NCBI RefSeq assembly: GCF_036321535.1 | Contig: NC_087436.1 | Location: 55,368,001 to 55,432,000 of the forward strand | Direction: 5' to 3' | Origin: Camelus dromedarius | Taxonomy: Eukaryota | Length of the DNA: 64,000 nucleotides | Notes under the pieces: generated by a model | The model's input: only the letters and a program-made list of their open reading frames with translations | Databases searched by the model: none | What the model was told of the DNA's origin: nothing | Program-made: the position numbers and the translations under genes | Part shown: positions 26,880 through 37,779 of the stretch, piece after piece | Layout: each line of letters begins with the position of its first letter | Position numbering within the stretch: the first letter of the stretch is position 1

Positions 26880-27090
26880 AAAAACAAAACCTTTGTGAGA
26901 GCATTCCAGCTGAAATTTCCGGGTTTACAATCAACTAGGTTTTATCTGCACTGTGATGTGAGCAGCAGGCGTCTCAAAGCATCAATTGTCTAATCACGCC
27001 CCTGTGAAGATGGCGGGCAGCTGGCTGATTTCACAGGTTACAGCGAGGATGGTGCTAAAAGCACAATGAATCTGTTTACAGAATCTCTTC
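26880..27090. promoter_or_regulatory. Candidate enhancer with YY1 motif
   Basis: AAGATGGCGG at 27007-27016; E-boxes CAGCTG at 26907 and 27018; TGTTTAC at 27073; several retained CpGs; non-repetitive. Confidence 0.4.
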
Positions 27091-27379
27091 TGTTTCCAAT
27101 ACATTCTGCAGAAATGTAGTATTTTAAGATATGCTAGCATTTTAGCTGCAAAATACTCTTTCCATTAAAATTTCCCCTAGAGGCCTTGAAAGAACCCTCA
27201 CAAATTTCACATATGTAGTGGACTGCACATGTTCTTCACAACCGTACCTATCAGACAACAGTTGAGAACAGGTAAGACATCAGGATCATAATCTAGGTGA
27301 GAGACTTATTTTCCAAATGGCTAGCCAGTTAACCAACAGCATTTGTGGAAAAGAAAAATCCATATTTTATTCATGCTTT

Positions 27380-28054
27380 CTTTTCTTTTTATTTTTTAAT
27401 TGAAGTATAGTCAGTTTACAATGTTGTGTTAATTTCTGATGTACAGCATAGTGATTCAGTTATATATATACCTTTTCATATTCTTTTTCATTATAGGCTA
27501 TTACAAGATAATGAATATAGTTCCCTGTACTATACAGTAGGACCTTGTTGATTATTTTATATATGGTAGTTAGTATCTGCCAATCACTAACTCCCCATTT
27601 ACTCTCCACCCTCCATTTCCCCCCTAGTAACCATAAGTTTGTTTTCTATGTCTATGAGTATGTTTCTATTTTGTAAACAAGTTTATTTGTCTCACTTTTT
27701 TAGATTCCACATATAAGTGATAGCATATGGTATCTTTCTTTCTCTTTCTGGCTTTACTTAGAATAACAATCTCCAGATCCATCCATGTTGCTGCAAATGG
27801 CATTATTTTAGTCTTTTTTATGGCTGAGTAGTATTCCATTACATATGTATGTGTGTGTGTGTGTGTTTCTGTGTATATATCTCAACTTCTTTATCCAGTA
27901 ATCTGTTGATTGACATTTAGGTTGCTTCCATGTGTTGGCTATTGTAAATTGTGCTGCTATGAACATTGGGGTGCATGCATATTTTCAAACTAGAGTTTTC
28001 ACAGGATATATGCCCAGGAGTGGGATTGCTGGATCATAGGGTAAGTCTATTTTT
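27380..28054 (-). mobile_element. Young cetartiodactyl/camelid-type L1 3' end
   Basis: T-rich tail then 'ttgaagtatagtcagtttacaatgttgtgttaatttctgatgtacagcatagtgattcag' through 'gggattgctggatcatagggtaagtctatt'. Confidence 0.95.
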
Positions 28055-28419
28055 GAATCTAATTAATTTTTTACCTTGTGAGCATCACTTCTCCTGTAAC
28101 CAAGGCAAGCAGTTTGTCACAATAAAGAGAGGTGTCAAAAGGGGTGTTTTTCTTTTGGGAGAATTGATTGTTTCCTAATTGACCAGCAATTTTGCTTCTC
28201 CAGCATTTCCCAATCATAGCTGGGTTTTCCGTCCCTGCTCATGATGTATAAAAGCCAAACATGAGAAAGCAAGTTTTTCTCAGAAACCATCTTTTGAGTA
28301 TTTTTATTATATTGTTTTCATTCTTTTTAAAGATAGATCTGTTCCATCTTTTATGTAACCCATGCTTTCTTTTCTTGTGCTGGGTAGAATTACTATAATA
28401 CTTAAAACAATTTAACACA

Positions 28420-28480
28420 GATATATATATATATCTATGTATCTATATAGATACATAGATATATATATATAGATATATAT
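28420..28480. repeat. TA-rich low-complexity tract containing a 50-bp perfect palindrome (28422-28471)
   Basis: Checked base by base around centre ctat|atag (28446/28447). Confidence 0.9.
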
Positions 28481-28644
28481 AAAAGATTTATCAAGGGTAA
28501 AAAATAAAATCAGTAAAATTTTTGATTATAATTGTATTGAATTAAGAGATTAGTTTAGCAAAAATGGGCTGCCTTATGATACTGAGATTTCTCATCCAAT
28601 AACAAATTATAATCATTGCTTTCTTTTTGTGAAGAACCACCACA

Positions 28645-28850
28645 ACAATAAAAGCTAACTTTCATTGAAAGTTAACTTTGTACCCTTATCATACAAATCA
28701 TGATATGCTTTAACTCATTTAACCCCCCACTACAATTTATGATTACTAGTACTATTATTCCCATTTCACAAGTGGAAAACCGAGGCCCCAAGGTTAAATG
28801 GTTTGCCCAAGACCATGCAAGGAACAGGCAGATCAGAGCCACCTGCCTCT
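28645..28850 (-). mobile_element. MIR SINE
   Basis: 'taactcatttaacc...tactattattcccatttcacaagtggaaaaccgaggcccc...aaggttaaatggtttgcccaagacca'. Confidence 0.88.
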
Positions 28851-30823
28851 CATAGAGCATCTGTTTGGTCTTATTTCTGTCATCGTATCTGATATTTTGT
28901 TGATACTTCCTTATTTTCTTCTGTTTTTTGTCTTTTGTTATGTGGTCTGTTTGGGACGTCATAAAAATTATAATTTGTTTTATTTGCTCAGAAGTAATTT
29001 TTTTCTTTATTCACCACTTAAACCTACCTTTCTTTTTTTATTAACTTCAGGGAAAAAAAATCTACCAATTGCCTGATGTGGACAATGAGAAAATTGATGA
29101 ATTAATGGAAATTTTCTTCAACTTATCTTCCCTCATTCTTAATGTAACTAAAGTATTATGGGAATTTTATCACAATCACTAGAGACAGCTAATAGTGTTT
29201 ATTATGTTTTACATTATATAATTTGTACTTTCAGAAAATAGACTATAGTATCCATTTGTTAGTCCAATCATCACAATAATTTGTTAAGCCTATATTTTAG
29301 TGATTGTGTTTATAATACTTTCATACACTATGGTATCAGGTAAGATGCTTCTTTTGGAGGATGTTTTAAAAATCCCACTCAAATTGCCTTAAAAGTTTAA
29401 GAAATATATCTTCCATAATTAGAAATCCACAGCTGACATAAGATCTGAGAACGCTGCCATGAACCTTGGTCTCAATGATGTGATCAAGAGCACTGTTACC
29501 TTTAGCCTCAGACCAAGAGCAAGTAGCTGGACATATTTTAGATGACTCAGTTACATCCAAAGATAAGGAGATAATGAGGAGGAAAATATCTAAGTGAAGA
29601 AGAGGAAGTTTCTCTTTCTTTACTCTCAGGTATAGAGAAACTTTTCACAGAACTCAGTAGCGTACTGGAAATGATAAAAGGCTCCATTCCCACCTTGGAA
29701 GTTTTCCTGGGAAGAAAACTGGAATGAGCATGTTTAGCTTAGGTTAATTGTATGGGTTTTTGAATGTTGGGAACTCGATCAAAAATCCCCTAAACACTGT
29801 CCTCTTCATAAGTGTTTCTTTTGAATCATTTTGTGAGTATCTAGAGTATCAGTGAAGAACTATATTCCCTGAGTTACTGCACACTGAATTTACCCTCCTG
29901 AATTCATAGTTCACAATATTTTCCTTCATACCTGACAGGTCTTATTCCACTAACTTGAAGCTAAGTAGTGTCCTTTGTACCTTTGGCCATTTTACATTTT
30001 CATATGCTCCACATCCCTTCTGTATACTCTAACTACTGATGTTTTTGTAGTTGTATATTTTCCATGAAAGTTTTTTTTCCCTTTATCAAGTGTTTTCTCA
30101 GTTCATTCTATGCTATTAACACTTTATCCTTTATCATTTGTGAATTTCATATCCTTTTTAACTTCTAGGAGATGAATTATTACTTGCTAAAAAAAAATCT
30201 ATCTCTTAAGATGTCTTCGTCCAGAATGGATTATTTCTCAGTTTTTTGCATACTGTGTTTGTATGCTCTACTTTTAGTCCTTTTTTTTCCTAACACTTCT
30301 GTGGCTGTCTACAAGGTAGTTGTCTACTGTTCATTTTTTTGTAGAACTTACCTATTCTTTTTCTCTTTTTATTTTACTTTGGATAAGTCCACCTAGACTT
30401 TTTTTTCTTTTTGAACCAAAATTGATTGTAAGGTTTTCTGTTTACACTCCTCCCTTTTCCTCGAGGCATTGTTTGAATCATCCCTTAAAAGGCTTAATGT
30501 CAGGACTAGAATTTGGTATAATTTGGTCATATTTTTTCCTTGGCAGCTGTTCAGATTACTGAAGAATTTATGGCGTTATTCGAGAAACTTGTTGCATTCT
30601 GTAACTTTGATTTTTAAGCTCTAAATCAAAAGGCATTCCAGAAAAATGACAGAAAATACAGTATGTAGTGTTAAGGCCTTTGTAGTTCTAGTAAATAGAT
30701 TTGAGGGGAACAAACATTTTGGCGGTCCAGAGGATAGAGAGAGAATTAGATTTGCATGGCCATTGCTGCAGAATTTAAGTATAAAAACATTATTGCCCAG
30801 ACATTTTCTTCTACAAGGCATAT

Positions 30824-31395
30824 ATATTTTAATATATATTTTATATTTTAGAGAACTTTTATGATCATAGCAAAACTGAGCAGAAAGTATAGAGACTTCA
30901 CCTCCTATGCCTCCTGTCCCCACATGTATACAGCCTCCCCAATATCAACATCCCCCACCAGAGGGCCATATTTTTCACTGATGAACCTATATGAGCACAT
31001 TATTACCACCCAGGTCCATAGTTTACATTAGAGTTTCCTTCTGGTGTTTTAATGTCTATGCATTTTGACAATTGTATAATGACACGTATCCACCATAATA
31101 GCATAACTGAGAATAATTTCACTGCTCTAAAAATCCAAAAGTCATCTAGGTTTTCTCCTTTGTTATCTTCTAGGAGTCATATAGTTTTGCATTTTATGCT
31201 TATGTCTGTGATCCTTCTGGGGTGAGTTTTTGAGAAGGATGTAGGGTCTCTATCTAGATTTATCTTTCTGCATGTTGATGACCAGTTGTTCCAGCAATAT
31301 ATGTTGAGGAGACTGTCTTTACTCCATTGTACAGCCTTAGCTTTTTGAAAAAGGTCAATTGACTATATTTAGGTAGGTCTATTTCTGGGCTCCCT
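30824..31395 (-). mobile_element. L1MC-type element, 3' UTR joined to an ORF2 piece (internal deletion near 31137)
   Basis: 'gcaaaactgagcagaaagtatagagac...caacatcccccaccagag...gtccatagtttacattag'; ORF2 part 'ccagttgttccagcaatat...tctatttctgggctc'; flanked by ggcatat at 30817 and 31396. Confidence 0.9.
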
Positions 31396-31599
31396 GGCAT
31401 ATTTTTTCAAAGGCGAATTTTAGTGTTTTTATAACCTAGATAAGCCTGCATTTGTTCTGATTGAAGGGAATGGGTGATGTCCTACTGCTGAATCCTTCTT
31501 TCCAACACTGTGATGGCTGCTCCGATAGAACAGTTAGTATCCCAAGGAAATCATTGTGATAAACTATTTGATTAAAGCTGAAATATGATTACATACTAA

Positions 31600-31635
31600 A
31601 CACACACACACACACATACTTGCACACGCACACAC
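31600..31635. repeat. Imperfect (CA)n microsatellite
   Basis: Seen directly. Confidence 0.85.
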
Positions 31636-33169
31636 TCAAAACCACAGAAGTTTTAAGCCTGGTGGATTCCCATTCTTTCTCAATAGAAGTATGAGAGAAT
31701 TGAGTCAATTGTGTAAAATTCTCAAGTGCTCAGAATGTAATTTGCATGATAAGTTTTATTTATTCTCAAAAAGTAGTGCTCCAAGTAATGCTGTGATTAT
31801 CTTTGAATGTATTCTTTTCTCAAAGCTTGGACACTTTACTCTTTAATGTTGTGCCTTTTTTAAAGAAATAATTCAGTGAAAAGGAGAGCATCCTCTCCTT
31901 CATCCCTTATAAAGTAGGAACAGGTTTTTTAATGTACCGTTATCATCCCTGTAACAATTCTGGTGGATCTCAATATAAATTATTAATTTATATTAGGTGG
32001 AAATCAGAAACGTGTAATCTAATGTAAACTGGTAGATTGAACTACACTTGGGAAGCTGTATCATGGAGGCTCAGTAATTTAGAATCTAATTATTAAAGAA
32101 TTTTATAAATCAAGTTGAAATCATTTGGCTAAAGTCAGTGATAAATTATACCATCAACAATTTGGCTTACCATTGTTATGAGAAGAATTAGAGTAAGGAT
32201 AGACACTGTTGTACACTTCTTGAATACCAGATCTGCAAGGGACAGGAGGAGCAGAAGTATAGATCAATCAGTAATGAAGAAGAAAGCCTACTCTCTTAGT
32301 GGCTCAGTATAGAGAGAATTATAAATATAAATATTTAAATATAAATATAAAACTAGTGAGGCAATTGTTTTAATTAAAGTCTTCTCCATATTTTATTTAC
32401 AAAGACACAGATACGGGGTACAGTGTTTAAGGGAGAGACCCAGGGGCCTTCTAATCAAAATCATCATTGCATGATTGATCCTACTTTGAGTGTTTGAAAG
32501 AGAGAAAACAACCTCAGTGGAAATATGTGAGTCTGTCACTTTGTGGGGATCCTACAACATGAGTCAGAGGTTGCTGGATTTAGAGAGGAAATCTAATCTC
32601 TGTGTCTTCTGGAATTTGCTGATCTATGGAAGTTAATCTTTGGTAAAACAGAATCCCATGGTACACTATTTCTGTGTCTTTCCAAATAAAATATGGAAAG
32701 ACATAGCAAATTGATTAAAACAATTGCATCTCTTGTCTCCCCTATATTGAGCCACATAGAAAATCAGCTTTCTTCTTTACTGTTTAGTCTGTACTCTTGA
32801 TCATCCTTTCTCTTGTAGATCTGGTACTTAAGAAGCCTACAGAACTTGCTATCCTTATTCTAATTCCAGTCATAACCATTACAACTTACGATTACTGCAC
32901 TCAACATCTATATTAGATCTCATTTCAAAAAGAAAAAAACAAAGACGAAAACAAAAATTTAAGTTTTAGAAATTTCTCTTTTCCTATGATTCTGTGATTT
33001 CCCAGTTACTTCCAATGTAAAAGTTTGAAAGCAAATCAGTGCAAATTTCCTTGTTTTATCCCCTTCTCAATCTGGGGTGACATCTAAGTTCTGAGATTGG
33101 TTAGCAGCTGTAGTGCATCTGAACATCTGGCCTGTGGCAGCATCTGGTGCCCAGCACATCTAGTCTAGC

Positions 33170-33515
33170 TGTTTTGGTCCAAGTGTGCCTCCACCCTCAA
33201 CCCATGTGTTAAACCCTAACCCCTAAAGGTGATGGTATTAGGAGGTGGGAACTTGGGAGGCTTTGCCCTCATGAATGGAATCAGTGCTCTTATAAAAGAG
33301 GCTCCACAGAGATCCTTCCCCCTTTCTTCCATGTGACAACCACAGAGGAAGTGCGCCAGCTGTGAATCAGGAAGAGGGCTGTCACCAGAACTCAGCCGTG
33401 CTGGTGTCTTGATCTTGAACTTTCAGCCTACAGATCTATCGGAAATAAATTCCTGTTGTTTATGTGCCACCCAGTATGTGCTGTTTTATTATAGCAGCCC
33501 AAATGGACCGAGACA
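33170..33515 (+). mobile_element. MLT1A-like MaLR solo LTR
   Basis: TG...CA termini; 'gatggtattaggaggtggg...gccctcatgaatgga...cttgatcttgaactttcagcct...aaataaattcctgttgttta'; 5-bp TSD ctagc/ctagt. Confidence 0.92.
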
Positions 33516-33589
33516 CTAGTGTATAGCACAATCATTGTACACAACGCCCCCAAAATCCAAAATAGTTAGTTATTTGCAACTGTACACAG

Positions 33590-33700
33590 CTGTACACGGA
33601 GATACAGTAGTACCTACTTACAGCGGCATTGTAAGTATTAAATGAGTTAATGTTTGAAAAGTACTTCTAGTGACAGTCATTTACAAAATCTTCTCAGTTG
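33590..33700 (+). mobile_element. MIR 3' half
   Basis: 'agtagtacctacttacag...attgtaagtattaaatgagttaatgtttgaaaagtactt'. Confidence 0.75.
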
Positions 33701-33964
33701 TAATCAACACCATCACCATCATTATTATTTTTTATTTCCACTCTTACTAATTACACATGATTATTGTTTCTAATGTTTCTGTTTCAGCCATACTTCACCG
33801 ACAGAAACTCAGCGTATCTATTGTGCTTATACGAGGAGCAAGAGGGAGCAGCTGATAAAGGGAAGGACTGAGAAACAAAAGCATAATTTAGTCTCTGTAG
33901 ACAAACACACATAGCACCTAAATTTACTTAAAAACACACACGCACACACACATCTGCAGAGAGT

Positions 33965-34335
33965 TGTCAAGAACTGTGAAAGCTCTGAGATTTTATCCTA
34001 CTTGCAAGCTAACAAGTTAGCCTGTCACAGTTTCAGGCATGCTGGCAGACTCCTGGGTCAGAGATAAAGGACTTTATTACTCACAGCGTAGCAGGCAACA
34101 TGAGCTTCATGTCCTCATTGGTTTCCCCTTGCTCTCCAGGTCCCAGAAAGATGAAGAGGTGGGCCCTTTTAGATATGACACATATAGTGGGTTGTTTCCC
34201 AACCAAAGAATTCCAAGCTTAGGGTATCACCAATCTTCTAAGGCTGTTAGCTATGCTTGAAATGGTAGTTCAAAACAAAATCTGATACTAAATATACACA
34301 AAAAGACATTTAGGAGAATGGCCTCCCAAAAAGGA
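33965..34335 (-). mobile_element. LTR40-like ERVL LTR
   Basis: 'tgtcaagaactgtgaaagctctgagattttatcctacttgcaagctaacaagttagcctg...ctcctgggtcagagataaaggactttattactcacag'. Confidence 0.85.
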
Positions 34336-34429
34336 CATGGATTAAAATGACATCTAGTTAATCTCTTTCCTTTAGGAAGCCTGATAACTTTAATGTTGCA
34401 GGGAATTTATTAAAACATATTTTGATTTA

Positions 34430-34875
34430 GCTTACTTTTATTATATTAAAGTAATGCAGTGGTGACAAATAGACCTCCAAATCCGAAATCCAGTAGCCTA
34501 ACATGGCAGTTACATAAAGTATATCTATTAGTATAACCTATGAAGTCCAAGATGGTAATTCTTTTCCGAATAGTGGTATGTATAAGAATTCTAGCAAATT
34601 TCATATTGTGGCACTAATATCCTCAGCACAAATCTCCCAAGTTTGCCATAGGCTTGTCTTCATTGCTGCCATCTTAGAAGACAAACGATCTCAGTGGATC
34701 ATGTGTGGGAGGGTTTTATGGACAGAACTCTAGCTGACAAACATCAATTCACTCACATTCTATTTATTGTCACATGGCTACATCTAATAGCAAGGGAAGC
34801 TGGGAAATGTAGTCCAGATCTGTGTATAAGAAGAGAAACTGGTTTTAGTAGTCAGTTTGACAGTCTCTCAGGCAT
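34430..34875 (-). mobile_element. Old MLT1-family MaLR LTR
   Basis: 'ctcacattc...gtcacatggctacatctaatagcaagggaagctgggaaatgtagtc'. Confidence 0.8.
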
Positions 34876-36859
34876 TCAGCTTAGTTAAATGAGTCCTAAA
34901 TTTAGGCTTTTAAAAAAACTCAGATCTAGAAAAAGATATTTTAAATGTACATTTAATTTCATTTTGCATCTTGCTGTGTTCCTTGAGTACATCCGCTAAC
35001 TATGGTATGGAATTCATTTCAAATTACTTTTCCACAATTTGAAAGTAATTTTGCTGTGACTCAAGTACATTATTGGTTAATCCTTCATATCAGATATAGA
35101 GATTTAGAGGATTAAAAAGATTGATTTAAAGCCAACCCAGAAAAATGTTTCTGCATGTGTGAATAAAGCACTGCCATGAAGCAGTAGAAATGAGACAACT
35201 GGGGTACTGAAATGCTTGTATCCGTAGGAATCCAAACAATTTCAGGGAGCTGAGATCTGCCTTTAAAAGTTTTTGTTTTTTTTTTTGTTTATATTTAGAG
35301 GCTAGTAAACCAAATTGGCTGGTTATAATCATCCCTGGCTTAACTTATTTATCTATGTTGCATGCAGAGAGGAAATGGAAAAGTAAAATAATACTTGGCA
35401 AGGTCAACCTCTGGGGGCCCTTGGCCACATAGGGAGAAGTAAAGAGAGTGGATCAGCTTCTTACTAGTAAAATGTGACTTAGTGATGGCTTAGATCTCTG
35501 AACAATTTTAACTGAAATTCCTCCCACCTCGTGAGGAGCTAGAAAGCTTAACAGTACTGGGGATGGAAGATAGCAGTTTTCCCTGTGTTTTTACGCTGAA
35601 TTAAAGTTAATTTTTCTTGTAATCACTTTATTTTATTTATTCATATTTATAACCTCACCCTGATCATTGCATTGTGTAAGCGTTCTTTGTGCATGATCTT
35701 TGCTTTCATCTTTCCATATTTTTCAGCATTGTTCAGTCACCGTTTTTCCTTGTTGCTATGTACGGTTTCTATGGTATCCTTTGCCATTAATTTTGTTTCT
35801 CAGAATAACCTCCGCTCTTTCTCTCTGAGAGGAAGCATCACAGAGCGAATAAACATTCCTAATCCAAGATAATATCAGAAGATTTCAGGCTTAGAAAATG
35901 AACAGGTGTCATCATCCCGAAATTCTTTTGTTTACTGAGCAGGTTGGAGATATCTCCTTCACATATTCAGTTTAAGTAAACATGTAACATGAAAATTTGG
36001 AAAAAAGATAAGAATTGTATGTATTGTCTTCATTTTAGCCTCCCTGTTTGAAACCTCTTATAGCATGCTCTTCTGACAACAACAAAAACAGCTACCGTTT
36101 ATTTAGTGCTTACTGTTTGGGATTCAAGGCCAAGCACTCCTTTTTCTCCCACACCAGGGTTCTGGCTGAAGGAATATACACATGAGAATTTCCAGCCAAA
36201 TGGGAATCAAGCAGAATTTTTTTTTTTAATTTGTGCAAACAACTTAAAATGCCAAATGTAAGGCTCTCTGTTACATACTGTAGTAAAGAATAAGACAGAA
36301 TAAGACAGGACTTAGATCGGCTTCTGAAATGGCATCTCCTCCATCACAAGCCAGTCTTTCACCTTTGAGTCTTTGCTCAGGTGTGTCTCAGGGACAGCTG
36401 GATCTGAGGAGGCCCAGCTAGCCACAAGGGAAAGAATTGCAAGACTTGTCTAATATATAAACAACTCTCACCAGGTTTGCATGTGATAGCAGAGTAAGAA
36501 TTTCAGGATACTTTTTACGTATCTTTGATATACATAATAAAAACAAGATGCTGTTTGAGACAGAACATGTAACATGCTGTCCAATGGATGTCAAACTTAG
36601 CCTAATCAGATTAGTACCTCTGCTACTTTGGGGGCGAGCTAATAAATATGCTGTGAGAAAGTTAATAGCTTCTTCCGTTTTAGGCCAAAGTAGATACAAG
36701 GAAAGAGAAGAATAATCATTTTCCCTTAAATTCACAACATGTTAGTTACTGTGCTAAGCAATTCACATTTTTGCAATGTCTTTATCAGTGTTGTTATTAT
36801 ACATTTCAGCAACTGTTATTACAGATGTGAAATAATGAAATGCATTGTAGTAGGTGAAC

Positions 36860-37415
36860 CTGTCATTTGACTGTTTTCCCTCAGCTCCATCCCTATCATT
36901 TCTCTGCCCCTCTTTGTATCTTAAAGAAATAACCCTGACACATTACACTTCCAAAGCTGTAAGAAACTGGCAGGAAGCCCAGGCAGAGGGTGGAAGCAAG
37001 AGGAGAGAAGAGACTTGGTATTTTTCCTCCTGGCTGCTGGCTTCCACTGCAGTGTAGTAGTAGCTGCATCTTCTTTACTGACTTCCTCTCCCTTGGGCAG
37101 CTCTTCTCTCTGAGGTCCCAGCTTCTTATGGGAAACTGCCTGGATGGTTCCATCTCCCACTGAATCGATCTTCCTTTAAGATTCCAAACAGGCAGCCTAG
37201 GACCCTGGAGGTAATATTACCTCCTCTTTCCTAATATCCCATCAGCCCTAAGAGTAGAGAGGAATTTCTTTATGTCTGTAATGCCAGGTTCTCCTTCTTC
37301 ACCTGTTTACTCCTTTAGCTCTTCTTTTATTTAGGTAACTAGTTCCAAACTTGTGGTCCAATTTCTGTTGAACTGTTTGGTGTAGTTGTAAATTCCTCAA
37401 ATGAAGACCATGATG
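36860..37415 (+). mobile_element. LTR33-like ERVL LTR
   Basis: 'gggtggaagcaagaggagagaagagacttggtatttttcctcc...gtagctgcatcttc...ggcagctcttctctctgaggtcccagct...cagccctaagagt'. Confidence 0.7.
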
Positions 37416-37604
37416 TTAAGCTTAATTATCCAGTACTCACTTGGGAAATACATTTTTTCTGAATCTCATATATTTTAGACATTTATCCAGTGATCTGTTA
37501 CATCAGGGATTCCTAGAGACCAGTGTATTATATGACCTTTGTTTCTTAGTACAGAGTGAGTATAACACATTAATAGAGAATTAATCTAATAGTAGAGGAA
37601 TGTG

Positions 37605-37725
37605 AACTTATTTATTCAAGAAATATTTTTTGTACTCTTTGAGTACCACCTACATGTCAGATATCTGGTGAAGAGAACAGATACAGTCCCTGCCTTCATG
37701 AGGTTCATAATTCATCTTTATTTGG
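37605..37725 (-). mobile_element. L2 3' end
   Basis: 'ttattcaagaaatatttt...gagtaccacctacatgtcag...cagatacagtccctgccttcatgaggttcata'. Confidence 0.75.
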
Positions 37726-37779
37726 GCTTTTTGTAGTATTTGACTGAAGAGTAGGGAGTTCCAAGTAGATTTTTTTCCA

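Noticed and set aside
35021..35051. 10-bp-arm AT-rich hairpin
   Set aside because: Too short and AT-rich for a pre-miRNA; expected by chance
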